Of a stretch of DNA of 64,000 bases, positions 18,961 through 28,472 are shown one piece after another. Under the pieces are notes generated by a model. It was not told the origin of the DNA and made no database searches. It saw only the letters and a program-made list of their open reading frames with translations. This DNA is from Accumulibacter sp. (GTDB lineage: Bacteria; Pseudomonadota; Gammaproteobacteria; Burkholderiales; Rhodocyclaceae): NCBI RefSeq assembly GCF_024235715.1, contig NZ_JACKLW010000012.1. The stretch is one strand, 5' to 3'. Position 1 is the stretch's first letter. Every line of letters begins with the position of its first letter. The translations under genes and the position numbers were made by a program.

Positions 18961-18988
18961 AAAGAACCCCGCCGAAGCGGGGCTCCTG
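18961..18988 (-). terminator. Rho-independent terminator of the PEP-CTERM gene
   Basis: Minus strand AGGAGCCCCGC-TTCG-GCGGGGTTCTTT, a GC stem with a UUCG loop and a U-rich tail. Confidence 0.75.
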
Positions 18989-19016
18989 GTGCGCGAAGCT
19001 GACTGGTCGTCGGCCG

Positions 19017-19775
19017 TCAGGCGCGCCCGCGGCGGCGCGCGCCGACACCAGCCAGCAGAGCGAGGCCGAACAGCGCCAGTGTCGCCGGCTCGGGAACCTC
19101 GTTTCCGCCCGGACCACCACCGCCACCGCCACCTGGGAAGCGCGGTTCGCTCAAACTCGTCCCGTACTGAAAGAACACGTTGCTGATCTGTGTCAGGCTG
19201 AAGCCGCTGGCGGGAGTCAGCAGGAAGGTCACCGAATGCTTGGTAATCTCGTTGTTGGCAATGCCGCCGTTGCCGGTGGCCAGATTATCCCCGGCCGAAG
19301 TCAGCCCGTATTGCAGCCCGTTGACCGCGACCGGGCCGGCAAGGTTGGGTCCGTTGAAGTTGCCGCTACCGAAAATGCCCAAGCCGGTGCTCGAAATCCC
19401 GGCATTGACTGTCGGCAGGCTGCCACTGGCGACAGGTGCGTAGGCCCACTCGCCACCCACGTTCGTCCCGGCACCGTTCTGCAGAACCCCATTCTTGTAT
19501 GTGGGGCCATCGGATAGTGCCGACAGCGGCGACAACTGGCTGGCGCCCCCCGTTCCCGATACATTGAAGAAGACGCCCGTCAGCACGTCAACTGGAACCA
19601 ACACATCGGCGAGGCTCGTATTGTCCAGCCGGACCTGCAGTTTGCCGGCGACGATGTCAAAGCTGACAGACGCTGCGCGGCTCCCCGAGGTGCCGCTGAA
19701 GCTGACCGACGCCGATGCCGGGAAAACAACCGCCAGCAAAGGCAGGACGACCATGGCTGCTCGCAGTGCTTTCAT
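19017..19775 (-). CDS. PEP-CTERM exosortase-sorted surface protein (N-terminal region resembles the XDD4-type domain)
   Basis: Signal peptide, Gly linker GGGGGGPGG, C-terminal VPEPATLALFGLALLAGVGARRRGRA (PEP + TM + basic tail). Confidence 0.92.
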   Translation of the reverse strand: MKALRAAMVVLPLLAVVFPASASVSFSGTSGSRAASVSFDIVAGKLQVRLDNTSLADVLVPVDVLTGVFFNVSGTGGASQLSPLSALSDGPTYKNGVLQNGAGTNVGGEWAYAPVASGSLPTVNAGISSTGLGIFGSGNFNGPNLAGPVAVNGLQYGLTSAGDNLATGNGGIANNEITKHSVTFLLTPASGFSLTQISNVFFQYGTSLSEPRFPGGGGGGGPGGNEVPEPATLALFGLALLAGVGARRRGRA

Positions 19776-19813
19776 TTCCGTGCTCCACGACTAATTTTCA
19801 ATGGCAAGATAAA

Positions 19814-19829
19814 AGCAATATTCGGGCCA
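19814..19829 (-). promoter_or_regulatory. Sigma-54 -24/-12 promoter of the PEP-CTERM gene
   Basis: Minus strand TGGCCCGAATATTGCT = GG-N10-GC, about 40 nt upstream of the ATG. Confidence 0.8.
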
Positions 19830-19836
19830 GTACCTA

Positions 19837-19849
19837 CAATCCATTGATT
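19837..19849 (-). promoter_or_regulatory. IHF binding site
   Basis: Minus strand AATCAATGGATTG is an exact WATCAANNNNTTR match, lying between the UAS and the sigma-54 site. Confidence 0.65.
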
Positions 19850-19893
19850 TAGTAATTGCCAAGCCGCTTTTACGACAAAAAATCGCGAGGGAC

Positions 19894-19910
19894 TGTAAAG
19901 ATTTTCGACA
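19894..19910. promoter_or_regulatory. Enhancer-binding-protein UAS (PrsR-type candidate)
   Basis: TGTAAAGATTTTCGACA (TGT-N11-ACA), 65 nt upstream of the -24 GG. Confidence 0.6.
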
Positions 19911-20125
19911 ACGCCGGCCGGTCAATTTGCCGGGATAATGCGCCGAGGACAGCCAGCAGCCACGGGGAGCCCTTCCTGCCGCGAAAGACTCTCCTGGCAA
20001 CACCAAGGTCGCGCCGAGCGCTACCGAGCCACGAGGCTGCAGCGCGATGGATCAGGCGGAAGCGACTCCCATCTACCCGAGGCTAGCTGGATTTCATGGC
20101 CGCCGCTGCCCGCCAATCCGAGCAC

Positions 20126-21961
20126 CTACCTGACAACGACGATGATCGACTTGGACGCGGAGTTGCCCGCGGCGTCCCTGGCCGTCAAGGTGAGGAGATG
20201 ATTGCCCGCTGACGCTTTTTTCGTGTTCCAGCGTGCGCTCAGGGTGCCGCCACTCACCGTCGCGTTCAGTTCGCCGTCGATAAAAAGCGATTGCGTGACG
20301 CCATTGACGCCGAGATTGTCGTCCGCCACGCCCTCAATGCGCACGACCTTGCTCACCGTGGCGCCATTCGCTGGCGCGCTGAAGACGACGGTCGGCGGCA
20401 CCGTGTCCGCTGCCGCCGCGCCGTTGGCGACGGTTACGCTTACCGGCTGCGAGCCGGTATAGTTGCCCGCCGCATCGTAGGCATAGGCAATCAGCGTCGC
20501 CGGCCCGTCGGCGATTGCGGTAGTGTCCCAACTGAAACCGTGCGGCGCCGTCGTATCGGTGGCGTACTTGCTGCCGTTGACGACCAGGTCCACGCTGACC
20601 ACGCCGACGTCGTCACTGGCCGCGACATCGACCGCTACCAGACCGGCGACCTTTCCGCCGGCAGGCGCGGAGATGGCAACCGTCGGCGCCTGCGTGTCGA
20701 AAGCCGTCGTCGTGGCCGCGGCCAGGGTGGCCTGCGCAGCATCGACGCGCCCCGCGCCGTAGTAGTCGTCCCTGCCTGCCGTGCCCAGATCGACCGAGGT
20801 CGAATAAAGGAGACTTTGCACCTGATCGGCGGGAAGCGCCGGGTTGGCGGCCATCATCAGCGCAGCCGTGCCGGCAACGATCGGACTCGCGAAAGACGTC
20901 CCTGACCACTGACCGTAGCCACCACCACGACTGGTCGTCAGGACGCTCTGACCGGGCGCCGCTATGTCCACGTAAGCGCCGTAGTTGGACCACGAGGTTC
21001 TCGCGTCACTGCTGTTGGTTGCCGACACGACGACCAGGTTGCCGGAGGAAGCGACGGTCTGCAGGGTGCCGCTGTTACCGGCACAGATCACGGTCAGCCC
21101 GCCCTTGCTCTTCAGGTACTGCGCGGCACTTTCGACGGTGGAACTGCTGGCGACGTTTTCGTAGCTGATGTTGGCGACACGGGCGCCATGATCCGCCGCC
21201 CAGGTCAGGCCGCTGGCCATGGTGCTGAAGTAGCCGTAGCCGCTGGGGTCAGAGATGCGCACGGGCATGATCTTCGAGCCGTAAGCTACCGATGCGACGC
21301 CGATGGCGTTGTTGCCGGATGCGGCCGCGGTACCGGCCACGGCCGTGCCGTGGCCATGCACGTCCGAGGAGTCACCATTGTTGTCGTAGCTGTTCCAGCC
21401 TGGGACCATCTGCGCGAACAGGTCGGGATGGCTGGCGTCGACACCAGTATCCAGGATGGCGATGATCACTTCGCTGCCGGTAGAGGTGTCCCACGCCGCC
21501 TGAGCGCCGACCTTGGCGAGGTGCCACTGGCTGGCCAGGGATGGGTCGTCGGTCGTCCCGCCCGGGGCGAGGATTTGGTCCTGTTCGACGAACTTGAAGT
21601 GCTTGTTCTTGGCCAGCAGCGCCGCGACGGCCTTGCTATTGGCTTGTGCAGGCAATTGCACCACATGCACGTTGATTCCGTTGATCTTGCCGACCCGCTT
21701 GCCGCCATGCGGTTTGAGGATCTTGTCCACCTCGACATCGCTCAGGCCGGCACGCTGCTGGATCAGGAGCCGTCCAGGCACGAAGTCGAGCGGCGGTGGA
21801 CCGGCAAGCGGAGACGCGGCAAACGCCGGGGCGATGACGATCCCGAGGGCCAGGGCAAGCAGCCGGCCAGCGGAAACGATCTGTGACGACTTGCCGCCAG
21901 AATCAGCCCGAATGCATGCACTCGTACCGATGGCAAGGAAGAGGGATTGGCTGGTCAACAT
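20126..21961 (-). CDS. Secreted S8 subtilisin-like serine protease with two C-terminal Ig-like domains
   Basis: Triad ILDTG / HGTAVAG / GTSFASP, with prodomain and signal-like segment. Two repeats start DTQAPTVAISAP / DTVPPTVVFSAP and contain AYDAAGN / ARDAAGN. GGAG precedes the ATG. Confidence 0.92.
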   Translation of the reverse strand: MLTSQSLFLAIGTSACIRADSGGKSSQIVSAGRLLALALGIVIAPAFAASPLAGPPPLDFVPGRLLIQQRAGLSDVEVDKILKPHGGKRVGKINGINVHVVQLPAQANSKAVAALLAKNKHFKFVEQDQILAPGGTTDDPSLASQWHLAKVGAQAAWDTSTGSEVIIAILDTGVDASHPDLFAQMVPGWNSYDNNGDSSDVHGHGTAVAGTAAASGNNAIGVASVAYGSKIMPVRISDPSGYGYFSTMASGLTWAADHGARVANISYENVASSSTVESAAQYLKSKGGLTVICAGNSGTLQTVASSGNLVVVSATNSSDARTSWSNYGAYVDIAAPGQSVLTTSRGGGYGQWSGTSFASPIVAGTAALMMAANPALPADQVQSLLYSTSVDLGTAGRDDYYGAGRVDAAQATLAAATTTAFDTQAPTVAISAPAGGKVAGLVAVDVAASDDVGVVSVDLVVNGSKYATDTTAPHGFSWDTTAIADGPATLIAYAYDAAGNYTGSQPVSVTVANGAAAADTVPPTVVFSAPANGATVSKVVRIEGVADDNLGVNGVTQSLFIDGELNATVSGGTLSARWNTKKASAGNHLLTLTARDAAGNSASKSIIVVVR

Positions 21962-22104
21962 TTCGGGTCTCCGTTATGTTGGCCTGAACTGAGCACAGCA
22001 TGGGAGCCTGTTGACCAGAGTCGCCGGAAAGGAACGGGCAGCCACTACAGATGGCCACATCCCTGACGACGCGCCATGCGCGCCGCCTGACGAACACTAC
22101 TCGC

Positions 22105-22189
22105 ACTTGGCAGTCCCGCTGTCTTGGCCGAAGCCGTCAGACCGGTCACTTTGCGCCCCAGGCTTTCGCTTGGTTTGCCTTTTTCAAGT
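22105..22189 (-). ncRNA. c-di-GMP-I (GEMM) riboswitch
   Basis: Minus strand ACTTGAAAAAGGCAAACCAAGC-GAAA-GCCTGGGGCGCAAAGTGACCGGTCTGACGGCTTCGGCCAAGACAGCGGGACTGCCAAGT. It shows GGCAAACC, a GAAA tetraloop, GGCGCAAAG, CCGG...GCGGG and the closing ACTTG/CAAGT stem, 144 nt upstream of the S8 start. Confidence 0.85.
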
Positions 22190-22582
22190 CAGTATCAACT
22201 TTGAACTCTGCGGATGCCCGGAGTGCTCGGCTAGCCACCCCGCACGCATTGCGAGAAGAATCTACGGCAGAGTACGCGCGGATGTCAAGGAGACGGGACA
22301 CTTCGCGCTTGGAACTTCTTCTTGCGTCCGGGCACTTCGACACCGAGAAAATTCAGATGACATCCATTCTTTCGCGCGTAGCAGCGACGATTAAGGGCTG
22401 GCAGGTGGGTGGGTCAAATGGCCTGGGACTGGCGTTGCACCGGTCGAGCACGATGCCTCCGCGAGACTCGCGACAGGCAGAAGTGGAAGGCACTCCACCC
22501 GCAGGCCAGATATCGCCTCGTCCCTGCCCATGCCCAGCGTGGATGTGGCTCTGGAGAGCTGGCGCGGTGCGCGATCGAGCGC

Positions 22583-23431
22583 TCAGGAAGCCCGAGAAAC
22601 GACGGGCCTGGAGGGGTCGCTGCACCATTCGCTCCAGGAACCGGCATAGAGGCGTGCTCCGGACAGCCCGGCGATTTCCATCGCCAGCAGGTTGTGGCAG
22701 GCGGTAACCCCCGAGCCGCAGCTCATCACGGCCTTTTGCGGCTCGATCCCGGCGAGCAGCGCCAGGAACTCGCGACGCAGTTCCGCGGCGGGGCGGAAGC
22801 AGCCGTCGCTGTCGAGGTTATCGCGAAAGAAACGGTTGCGGGCGCCGGGAATATGGCCACCGACCGGGTCGAGCGTCTCGTTCTCGCCGCGAAAGCGATC
22901 AGGGCTGCGCGCGTCGATCAGGCAGAACTGGCCGTGTTGCACGTCGGCCAGCACTTCCTGGGTGCTGGCCACCCCCTCGCGAGGAGCGCCTGCGAAAGTC
23001 GTGGCAACGACTTCCGGCAATTCGGTCGTCAGCGGCCGGCCCTCGGCCGACCAGCGGTCGATACCGCCGTCGAGAACGGCGACGTGCTCGTGACCGAGCC
23101 AGCGCAACAGCCACCACAGGCGAACGGCAATCATACCGCCGGAATCGTCGTAGGCGACTACCTGTGTTTCCGGCGAGACCCCGGCCGCGCCAAGCCTGGC
23201 GGCAAGCAGCAGCGGATCCGGCAGGGGATGGCGACCGTTGCTGCCGTTCATCGGCCCCGACAGGTCGCGATCGAGGTGCAGAAAGCTGGCGCCCGGCAGG
23301 TGCCCGGCCGCGTAAGCCCTGGCACCCGCTTCCGGATCGTTGAGTTGATGCCGACAGTCAAAAACGCGCCAGCCAGGATCGCTGAGATGATCGGCCAGAA
23401 GGGCGCCGCTGACCAGCGTCGAAAAGCTCAC
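22583..23431 (-). CDS. sseA: 3-mercaptopyruvate/thiosulfate sulfurtransferase (tandem rhodanese)
   Basis: GHLPGA, DARSPDRFRGE, GHIPGA, active site CGSGVTAC and LYAGSWSEW. GTG start at 23431 coupled to the upstream stop. Confidence 0.9.
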   Translation of the reverse strand: MSFSTLVSGALLADHLSDPGWRVFDCRHQLNDPEAGARAYAAGHLPGASFLHLDRDLSGPMNGSNGRHPLPDPLLLAARLGAAGVSPETQVVAYDDSGGMIAVRLWWLLRWLGHEHVAVLDGGIDRWSAEGRPLTTELPEVVATTFAGAPREGVASTQEVLADVQHGQFCLIDARSPDRFRGENETLDPVGGHIPGARNRFFRDNLDSDGCFRPAAELRREFLALLAGIEPQKAVMSCGSGVTACHNLLAMEIAGLSGARLYAGSWSEWCSDPSRPVVSRAS

Positions 23432-23793
23432 GCCTTCCCCTCCCCTACCTCTTCGAGCAGCCATGATCGTGCTTCGAGATCTTCGTCGAAGACGCGCATC
23501 TCGGCGTCAACGAAGATTTGCGACAACCAGGCGCTCCACGCCACCCACTGGCTTTCGGTGACCACAGCAATGCGACTGAAATCGTGGGCGTGCGCACGCG
23601 AGAAGACGATGTCTTCCCACGCGACATCGAGCGTGAAATCAGCCATCTCGCGCAGGTCGAAAAGGAGATCGACCGGTCCCTCGAACTGAATCACGTAGTT
23701 AACGGCGTTTTCGAACTCCTGATAATCGGCGAGCGTGAATTCCGCGTAAACCGTGACCTCGACGCGCCCAGGCTGGTTTTCGATGACTATCAT
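23428..23793 (-). CDS. STAS/SEC14 (SpoIIAA-like) domain protein
   Basis: 121 aa; LLFDLREMADFTL..AWED...RIAVVT...W...F...EMRVF...ARSWL. Confidence 0.75.
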   Translation of the reverse strand: MIVIENQPGRVEVTVYAEFTLADYQEFENAVNYVIQFEGPVDLLFDLREMADFTLDVAWEDIVFSRAHAHDFSRIAVVTESQWVAWSAWLSQIFVDAEMRVFDEDLEARSWLLEEVGEGKA

Positions 23794-24018
23794 GGCATCC
23801 TCCCCTTTTGGTTGCACAAGTGTAGCACCAGTCCTGCCGCGAAGGCTCGCGCCGCACCGGTTGGCCACCGAGCTCCGGGGAGTGGTGGCGAAAGCCCCCG
23901 CGCGAGGCCTGGCGAGCGGCTGGCGAGAGTGTCCGGGGTCGTCCGCGGGAAAATGCTTTTCATTTGACCGCAAGGCCACTATTAGGCTATTTTTGCCTGT
24001 TTTATTCGAGCCTTTCCC

Positions 24019-24306
24019 ATGCCACGACCGAACTCCGAGAAAGCTGTCGACCTCGCCGCATCCGGCAGCGAAGGGACGCCGATCGGCAAACTGAAGTTTG
24101 AGGCCGCGCTTGCCGAGCTCGAAGAGATCGTCCGGAACATGGAGGGCGGTCGACTGCCACTCGAGGAGTCACTCGCCGCCTATCGGCGTGGCAGCGATCT
24201 GCTGAAGCACTGCCAACAGCAACTCAGCGACGCCGAACGTCAAATCCAGATTCTCGAAGACGGCTCGCTACGGGCCTTCGAAGCCGATACGGGCGAGGTC
24301 CGATGA
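24019..24306 (+). CDS. xseB: Exodeoxyribonuclease VII small subunit
   Basis: FEAALAELEEIVRNMEGGRLPLEESLAAYRRG; xseB-ispA-dxs synteny. Confidence 0.95.
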   Translation: MPRPNSEKAVDLAASGSEGTPIGKLKFEAALAELEEIVRNMEGGRLPLEESLAAYRRGSDLLKHCQQQLSDAERQIQILEDGSLRAFEADTGEVR

Positions 24307-25226
24307 ACACACCAGCGTCCGCGCCGTCCGCAGCTGGGCAACTCGCCTTTGAGGAATGGATGCTTGGCGTCCAGTCACAGGTCGAGGCAGCCCTGGCGCG
24401 CAGCCTGCCACCGGCGGAGGCGATTCCGGCGCGCCTGCACCAGGCGATGCGCTACGCGAGCCTCAATGGCGGCAAACGCGTGCGGCCACTGCTCGTCTTT
24501 GCTGCCGGCGAACTCGGCGCAGCGCCGCCGGAAAGGCTGCAGGTCGCGGCCAGCGCCGTCGAGCTGATCCACAGCTATTCCTTGGTTCATGACGACCTGC
24601 CGGCGATGGATGACGATACCCTGCGGCGTGGCCGGCCGACCTGCCACGTCGAGTTCGATGAAGCAACGGCCCTGCTGGTCGGCGACAGCCTGCAGTCGCT
24701 GGCTTTTGAGCTGCTGGCGGGCCAGGATTTCGCGGACCGGGGCCGGCAGGTCGAGATGCTGCGCTTGCTGGCGCGGGCCAGTGGCTCGTGTGGCATGGCC
24801 GGCGGCCAGGCTATCGACCTGGAAGCGGTCGGCAAGAGCCTGAACCAGCCTGAACTCGAACTGATGCACGCGCTCAAGACCGGCGCTTTGATCCGTGCCG
24901 CGGTGTTGCTCGGCGCCCTCTGCGGGAACGCCCTGAGCGACGCCGACAGCGCCGCGCTCGATCGCTTTGCCAAACGCGCCGGGCTGCTCTTCCAGGTGGT
25001 CGACGACATTCTCGACTGCACCGCCAGCACGGCAACCCTCGGCAAGACGGCGGGCAAGGATGCGGCTGCCGAAAAACCCACCTACGTCAGCCTGATGGGA
25101 CTCGAACGAGCCCGCGACTTCGCCGGCGACCTGAGGCGTCAGGCACGCGAAGCACTCTCTCCCTTCGGCGAGCGCAGCCGACGCCTTCTGGAACTCACCG
25201 ACTTCATCACCCAGCGCAAATTCTAG
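24303..25226 (+). CDS. ispA: Farnesyl diphosphate synthase
   Basis: [29 protein letters not shown] and GKTAGKD. Confidence 0.95.
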   Translation: MNTPASAPSAAGQLAFEEWMLGVQSQVEAALARSLPPAEAIPARLHQAMRYASLNGGKRVRPLLVFAAGELGAAPPERLQVAASAVELIHSYSLVHDDLPAMDDDTLRRGRPTCHVEFDEATALLVGDSLQSLAFELLAGQDFADRGRQVEMLRLLARASGSCGMAGGQAIDLEAVGKSLNQPELELMHALKTGALIRAAVLLGALCGNALSDADSAALDRFAKRAGLLFQVVDDILDCTASTATLGKTAGKDAAAEKPTYVSLMGLERARDFAGDLRRQAREALSPFGERSRRLLELTDFITQRKF

Positions 25227-25290
25227 GCGCGGCTTCCGCCCACCGCGCCCGTCGCCTCTGACTGGCGCTCATGCAGGACCCCTCACGATA

Positions 25291-27189
25291 ATGACCTCTT
25301 ATCCTCTACTCGACACCATCAGCGACCCGGCGCAGGTACGCAAGCTTGAACGCCGCCAGTTGCCCCAGCTGGCTGACGAGTTGCGCGCCTTCCTGGTCGA
25401 ATCGGTCTCCCGGACCGGCGGCCACCTCTCGTCGAACCTCGGCACGGTCGAACTGACGGTTGCCCTGCATTATGTTTTCGACACACCACACGACCGCCTG
25501 GTGTGGGACGTCGGGCACCAGACCTACGCGCACAAGGCCCTTACCGGCCGCCGCGCCGGCATGGCCAAGCTGCGCATGCACGGCGGCATCTCCGGTTTTC
25601 CGAAACGCAGCGAGAGCCAGTACGATACCTTTGGTGTCGGTCACTCATCGACGTCGATCTCGGCTGCCCTGGGCATGGCGCTCGCCGCCAAGCTCAGGCA
25701 CGAGACCCGCAAGGTGGTGGCGATCATCGGCGACGGCGCAATGTCTGCGGGCCAGGCCTTCGAAGCACTCAACAACGCCGGCGTCGCCGACGCCGACATG
25801 CTGGTCGTGCTCAACGACAATGACATGTCGATCTCGCCGCCGGTGGGAGCACTCAACCGCTACCTGGCACGGCTGTTTTCCGGCAACACCTTCAACGCCG
25901 CCCGCAAGGCCGGGGAGAAGATTCTCGACTTTTCGCCGTCCCTGCTCGAGTTCGCCAAGCGCGCCGAGGAGCACGTCAAAGGGATGCTGACCCCGGGGAC
26001 GCTGTTCGAGGAACTCGGTCTCAACTACATCGGCCCGATCGACGGGCACGACCTGGAGTCACTGGTACCGACCCTGCTCAATCTGAAGAACCTAAAGGGG
26101 CCGCAGTTCCTGCACGTGATCACCAAGAAGGGCCAAGGCTACAAGCTGGCCGAGGTTGATCCGATTCTCTACCACGGGGTCTCGAAGTTCAGGCCGGAGG
26201 TCGGCATCGCGGACGGCAAGACCGGTGCGAAGCCAACTTATACGCAGGTCTTCGGCGACTGGCTGTGCGACATGGCGGCAGCCGATCCGAGACTGGTCGG
26301 CATCACGCCGGCAATGCGCGAAGGCTCCGGCCTGCTCCGCTTCAGCGAATGCTATCCGGACCGCTACTACGATGTCGGCATCGCCGAGCAGCACGCTGTC
26401 ACCTTCGCCGCCGGCCTGGCCTGCGAAGGCATGCGGCCGGTTCTGGCGATCTACTCGACCTTCCTGCAGCGCGGCTACGATCAGCTGGTACACGACGTGG
26501 CACTGCAGAATCTGCCCGTCGTCTTCGCGCTCGACCGCGGCGGTCTGGTCGGCGCCGACGGTCCGACCCATCATGGTGCATTCGACATTTCCTTCCTGAC
26601 CTGCATCCCGAACATGGTGCTGATGACGCCGAGCGACGAAGACGAGTGCCGCAAGATGCTGACCACCGCCTACCGCCTCGACGGGCCAAGCGCAGTGCGC
26701 TACCCGCGCGGCAGCGGAAATGGCGCGACGATCGACAAGACGCTGCTCGGACTGCCGCTTGGCAAGGGCGAAATCCGCCGCCGCGGCACCGACGTCGCAC
26801 TCCTCGCCTTTGGCAGCATGCTGACGCCGGCGCTCGCGGCAGCTGACGAGCTCGACGCCACCGTTGCCAACATGCGCTTCGTCAAACCCATCGACCGCGA
26901 GCTGATAATCGCCCTGGCCGCGGAACATTCGCTGCTGGTCAGCGTCGAAGAGAATGCCCTGATCGGCGGTGCCGGTTCCGAAGTCGAACGGGTTCTGGAA
27001 GAGATTGCCGGCACGACGCGACTTCTTCGCCTGGGAATTCCCGACCGCTTTATCGATCACGGTGACCAGGCTCTGCTGCTGGCGGAGATTGGCCTCGACA
27101 GGGATGGCATTGTTGCCGCGGTACGTGCACGGCTTGCTGGCCGTGCCGGTGCAGGCGGGCCAGGCACGGCCGCCCAGCACAGCGAATAG
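25291..27189 (+). CDS. dxs: 1-deoxy-D-xylulose-5-phosphate synthase
   Basis: [21 protein letters not shown]...EALNN, LNDN and GIAEQH. Confidence 0.97.
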   Translation: MTSYPLLDTISDPAQVRKLERRQLPQLADELRAFLVESVSRTGGHLSSNLGTVELTVALHYVFDTPHDRLVWDVGHQTYAHKALTGRRAGMAKLRMHGGISGFPKRSESQYDTFGVGHSSTSISAALGMALAAKLRHETRKVVAIIGDGAMSAGQAFEALNNAGVADADMLVVLNDNDMSISPPVGALNRYLARLFSGNTFNAARKAGEKILDFSPSLLEFAKRAEEHVKGMLTPGTLFEELGLNYIGPIDGHDLESLVPTLLNLKNLKGPQFLHVITKKGQGYKLAEVDPILYHGVSKFRPEVGIADGKTGAKPTYTQVFGDWLCDMAAADPRLVGITPAMREGSGLLRFSECYPDRYYDVGIAEQHAVTFAAGLACEGMRPVLAIYSTFLQRGYDQLVHDVALQNLPVVFALDRGGLVGADGPTHHGAFDISFLTCIPNMVLMTPSDEDECRKMLTTAYRLDGPSAVRYPRGSGNGATIDKTLLGLPLGKGEIRRRGTDVALLAFGSMLTPALAAADELDATVANMRFVKPIDRELIIALAAEHSLLVSVEENALIGGAGSEVERVLEEIAGTTRLLRLGIPDRFIDHGDQALLLAEIGLDRDGIVAAVRARLAGRAGAGGPGTAAQHSE

Positions 27190-27206
27190 AACAACCAGGA
27201 GCAGCA

Positions 27207-28028
27207 ATGAACGCACCCGAAACCCCGCAACCGACGGCGATGGCAGATGTCCAGGGATCGGCTGATACCCGACGCATCGCCATCAACAAGGTGGGCATCA
27301 AGGCCATTCGGCATCCCGTCAAGGTACTTGACAAGTCCGGCGGCGTGCAGCACACGATCGCCATGTTCAACATGTACGTCGGCCTGCCGCACAACTTCAA
27401 GGGCACCCACATGTCGCGCTTCGTGGAGATCCTGAACAGCCACGAGCGAGAGATTTCGGTGGAGAATTTTCCGGCCATGTTGCGCGACATGGTGGAACGG
27501 CTGGAAGCCGAAACCGGCCACGTCGAAATGAGCTTTCCCTACTTCATCAACAAGGCCGCGCCGGTTTCCGGCGTGCAGAGCCTGATGGACTACGACGTCA
27601 CCCTGGTCGGCGAAATTGAGCATGGCCGCATCGAGTCGACGATCAAGGTCGTCGTCCCGGTGACCAGCCTGTGCCCGTGTTCCAAGGAGATCTCCGAGCG
27701 CGGCGCGCACAACCAGCGCTCGCACGTGACGGTCACCGTCAGGATCAACGATCACCTGTGGATCGAAGAGCTGGTGCAATTCGTCGAAGGCCAGGCATCG
27801 TGCGAACTCTACGGGCTGCTCAAGCGCCCCGACGAAAAATACGTCACCGAACGTGCTTACGACAACCCGAAGTTCGTCGAAGACATGGTGCGCGACGTCG
27901 CTGCACGCCTCAGCGCGGAGCGCCGCATCGACGCCTATGTGGTCGAGTCCGAGAACTTCGAGTCAATCCACAATCATTCGGCGTACGCCTTGATCGAGAA
28001 CGACAAGCTGGCTGCGCACGCCGGTTGA
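27207..28028 (+). CDS. folE2: GTP cyclohydrolase IB
   Basis: [30 protein letters not shown] and ESIHNHSA. Confidence 0.95.
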   Translation: MNAPETPQPTAMADVQGSADTRRIAINKVGIKAIRHPVKVLDKSGGVQHTIAMFNMYVGLPHNFKGTHMSRFVEILNSHEREISVENFPAMLRDMVERLEAETGHVEMSFPYFINKAAPVSGVQSLMDYDVTLVGEIEHGRIESTIKVVVPVTSLCPCSKEISERGAHNQRSHVTVTVRINDHLWIEELVQFVEGQASCELYGLLKRPDEKYVTERAYDNPKFVEDMVRDVAARLSAERRIDAYVVESENFESIHNHSAYALIENDKLAAHAG

Positions 28029-28048
28029 CCAGGGCAATCCCGAAAGCA

Positions 28049-28080
28049 AACATGGCGGAGTCTCTCGGCTCCGCCATGTT
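28049..28080. terminator. Hairpin between the convergent folE2 and rplS
   Basis: AACATGGCGGAG-N8-CTCCGCCATGTT is a perfect 12-bp stem. Confidence 0.65.
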
Positions 28081-28106
28081 CCGGTTAACGGCAGCAGCGC
28101 TGCTGT

Positions 28107-28472
28107 TCAGCGTTGCTTGCGCGTCAGCTTTTCCTTGATCCGCGCCGACTTGCCGGAACGCTGGCGCAGATAGTACAACTTGGCACGGCGGACATCGCCG
28201 CGACGCTTGACCTCGATCGCAGCAACCAGCGGCGAGTAGGTCTGAAAGGTGCGCTCCACGCCTTCGCCCGAAGAAACCTTGCGCACGATGAAGCTGGAGT
28301 TGAGACCGCGATTGCGCTTGGCAATCACCACGCCTTCATAGGCCTGCAGACGCTCGCGCGTCCCTTCCCGGACCTTGACCTGGACGACGACGGTGTCGCC
28401 TGGTGCGAATACGGGAATGACCTTGCCCAGGCGGGCAATCTCTTCTTGTTCAAGTTGCTCGATCAGATTCAT
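28107..28472 (-). CDS. rplS: 50S ribosomal protein L19
   Basis: [11 protein letters not shown]...PGDTVVV...[16 protein letters not shown]...[12 protein letters not shown]. Confidence 0.97.
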   Translation of the reverse strand: MNLIEQLEQEEIARLGKVIPVFAPGDTVVVQVKVREGTRERLQAYEGVVIAKRNRGLNSSFIVRKVSSGEGVERTFQTYSPLVAAIEVKRRGDVRRAKLYYLRQRSGKSARIKEKLTRKQR

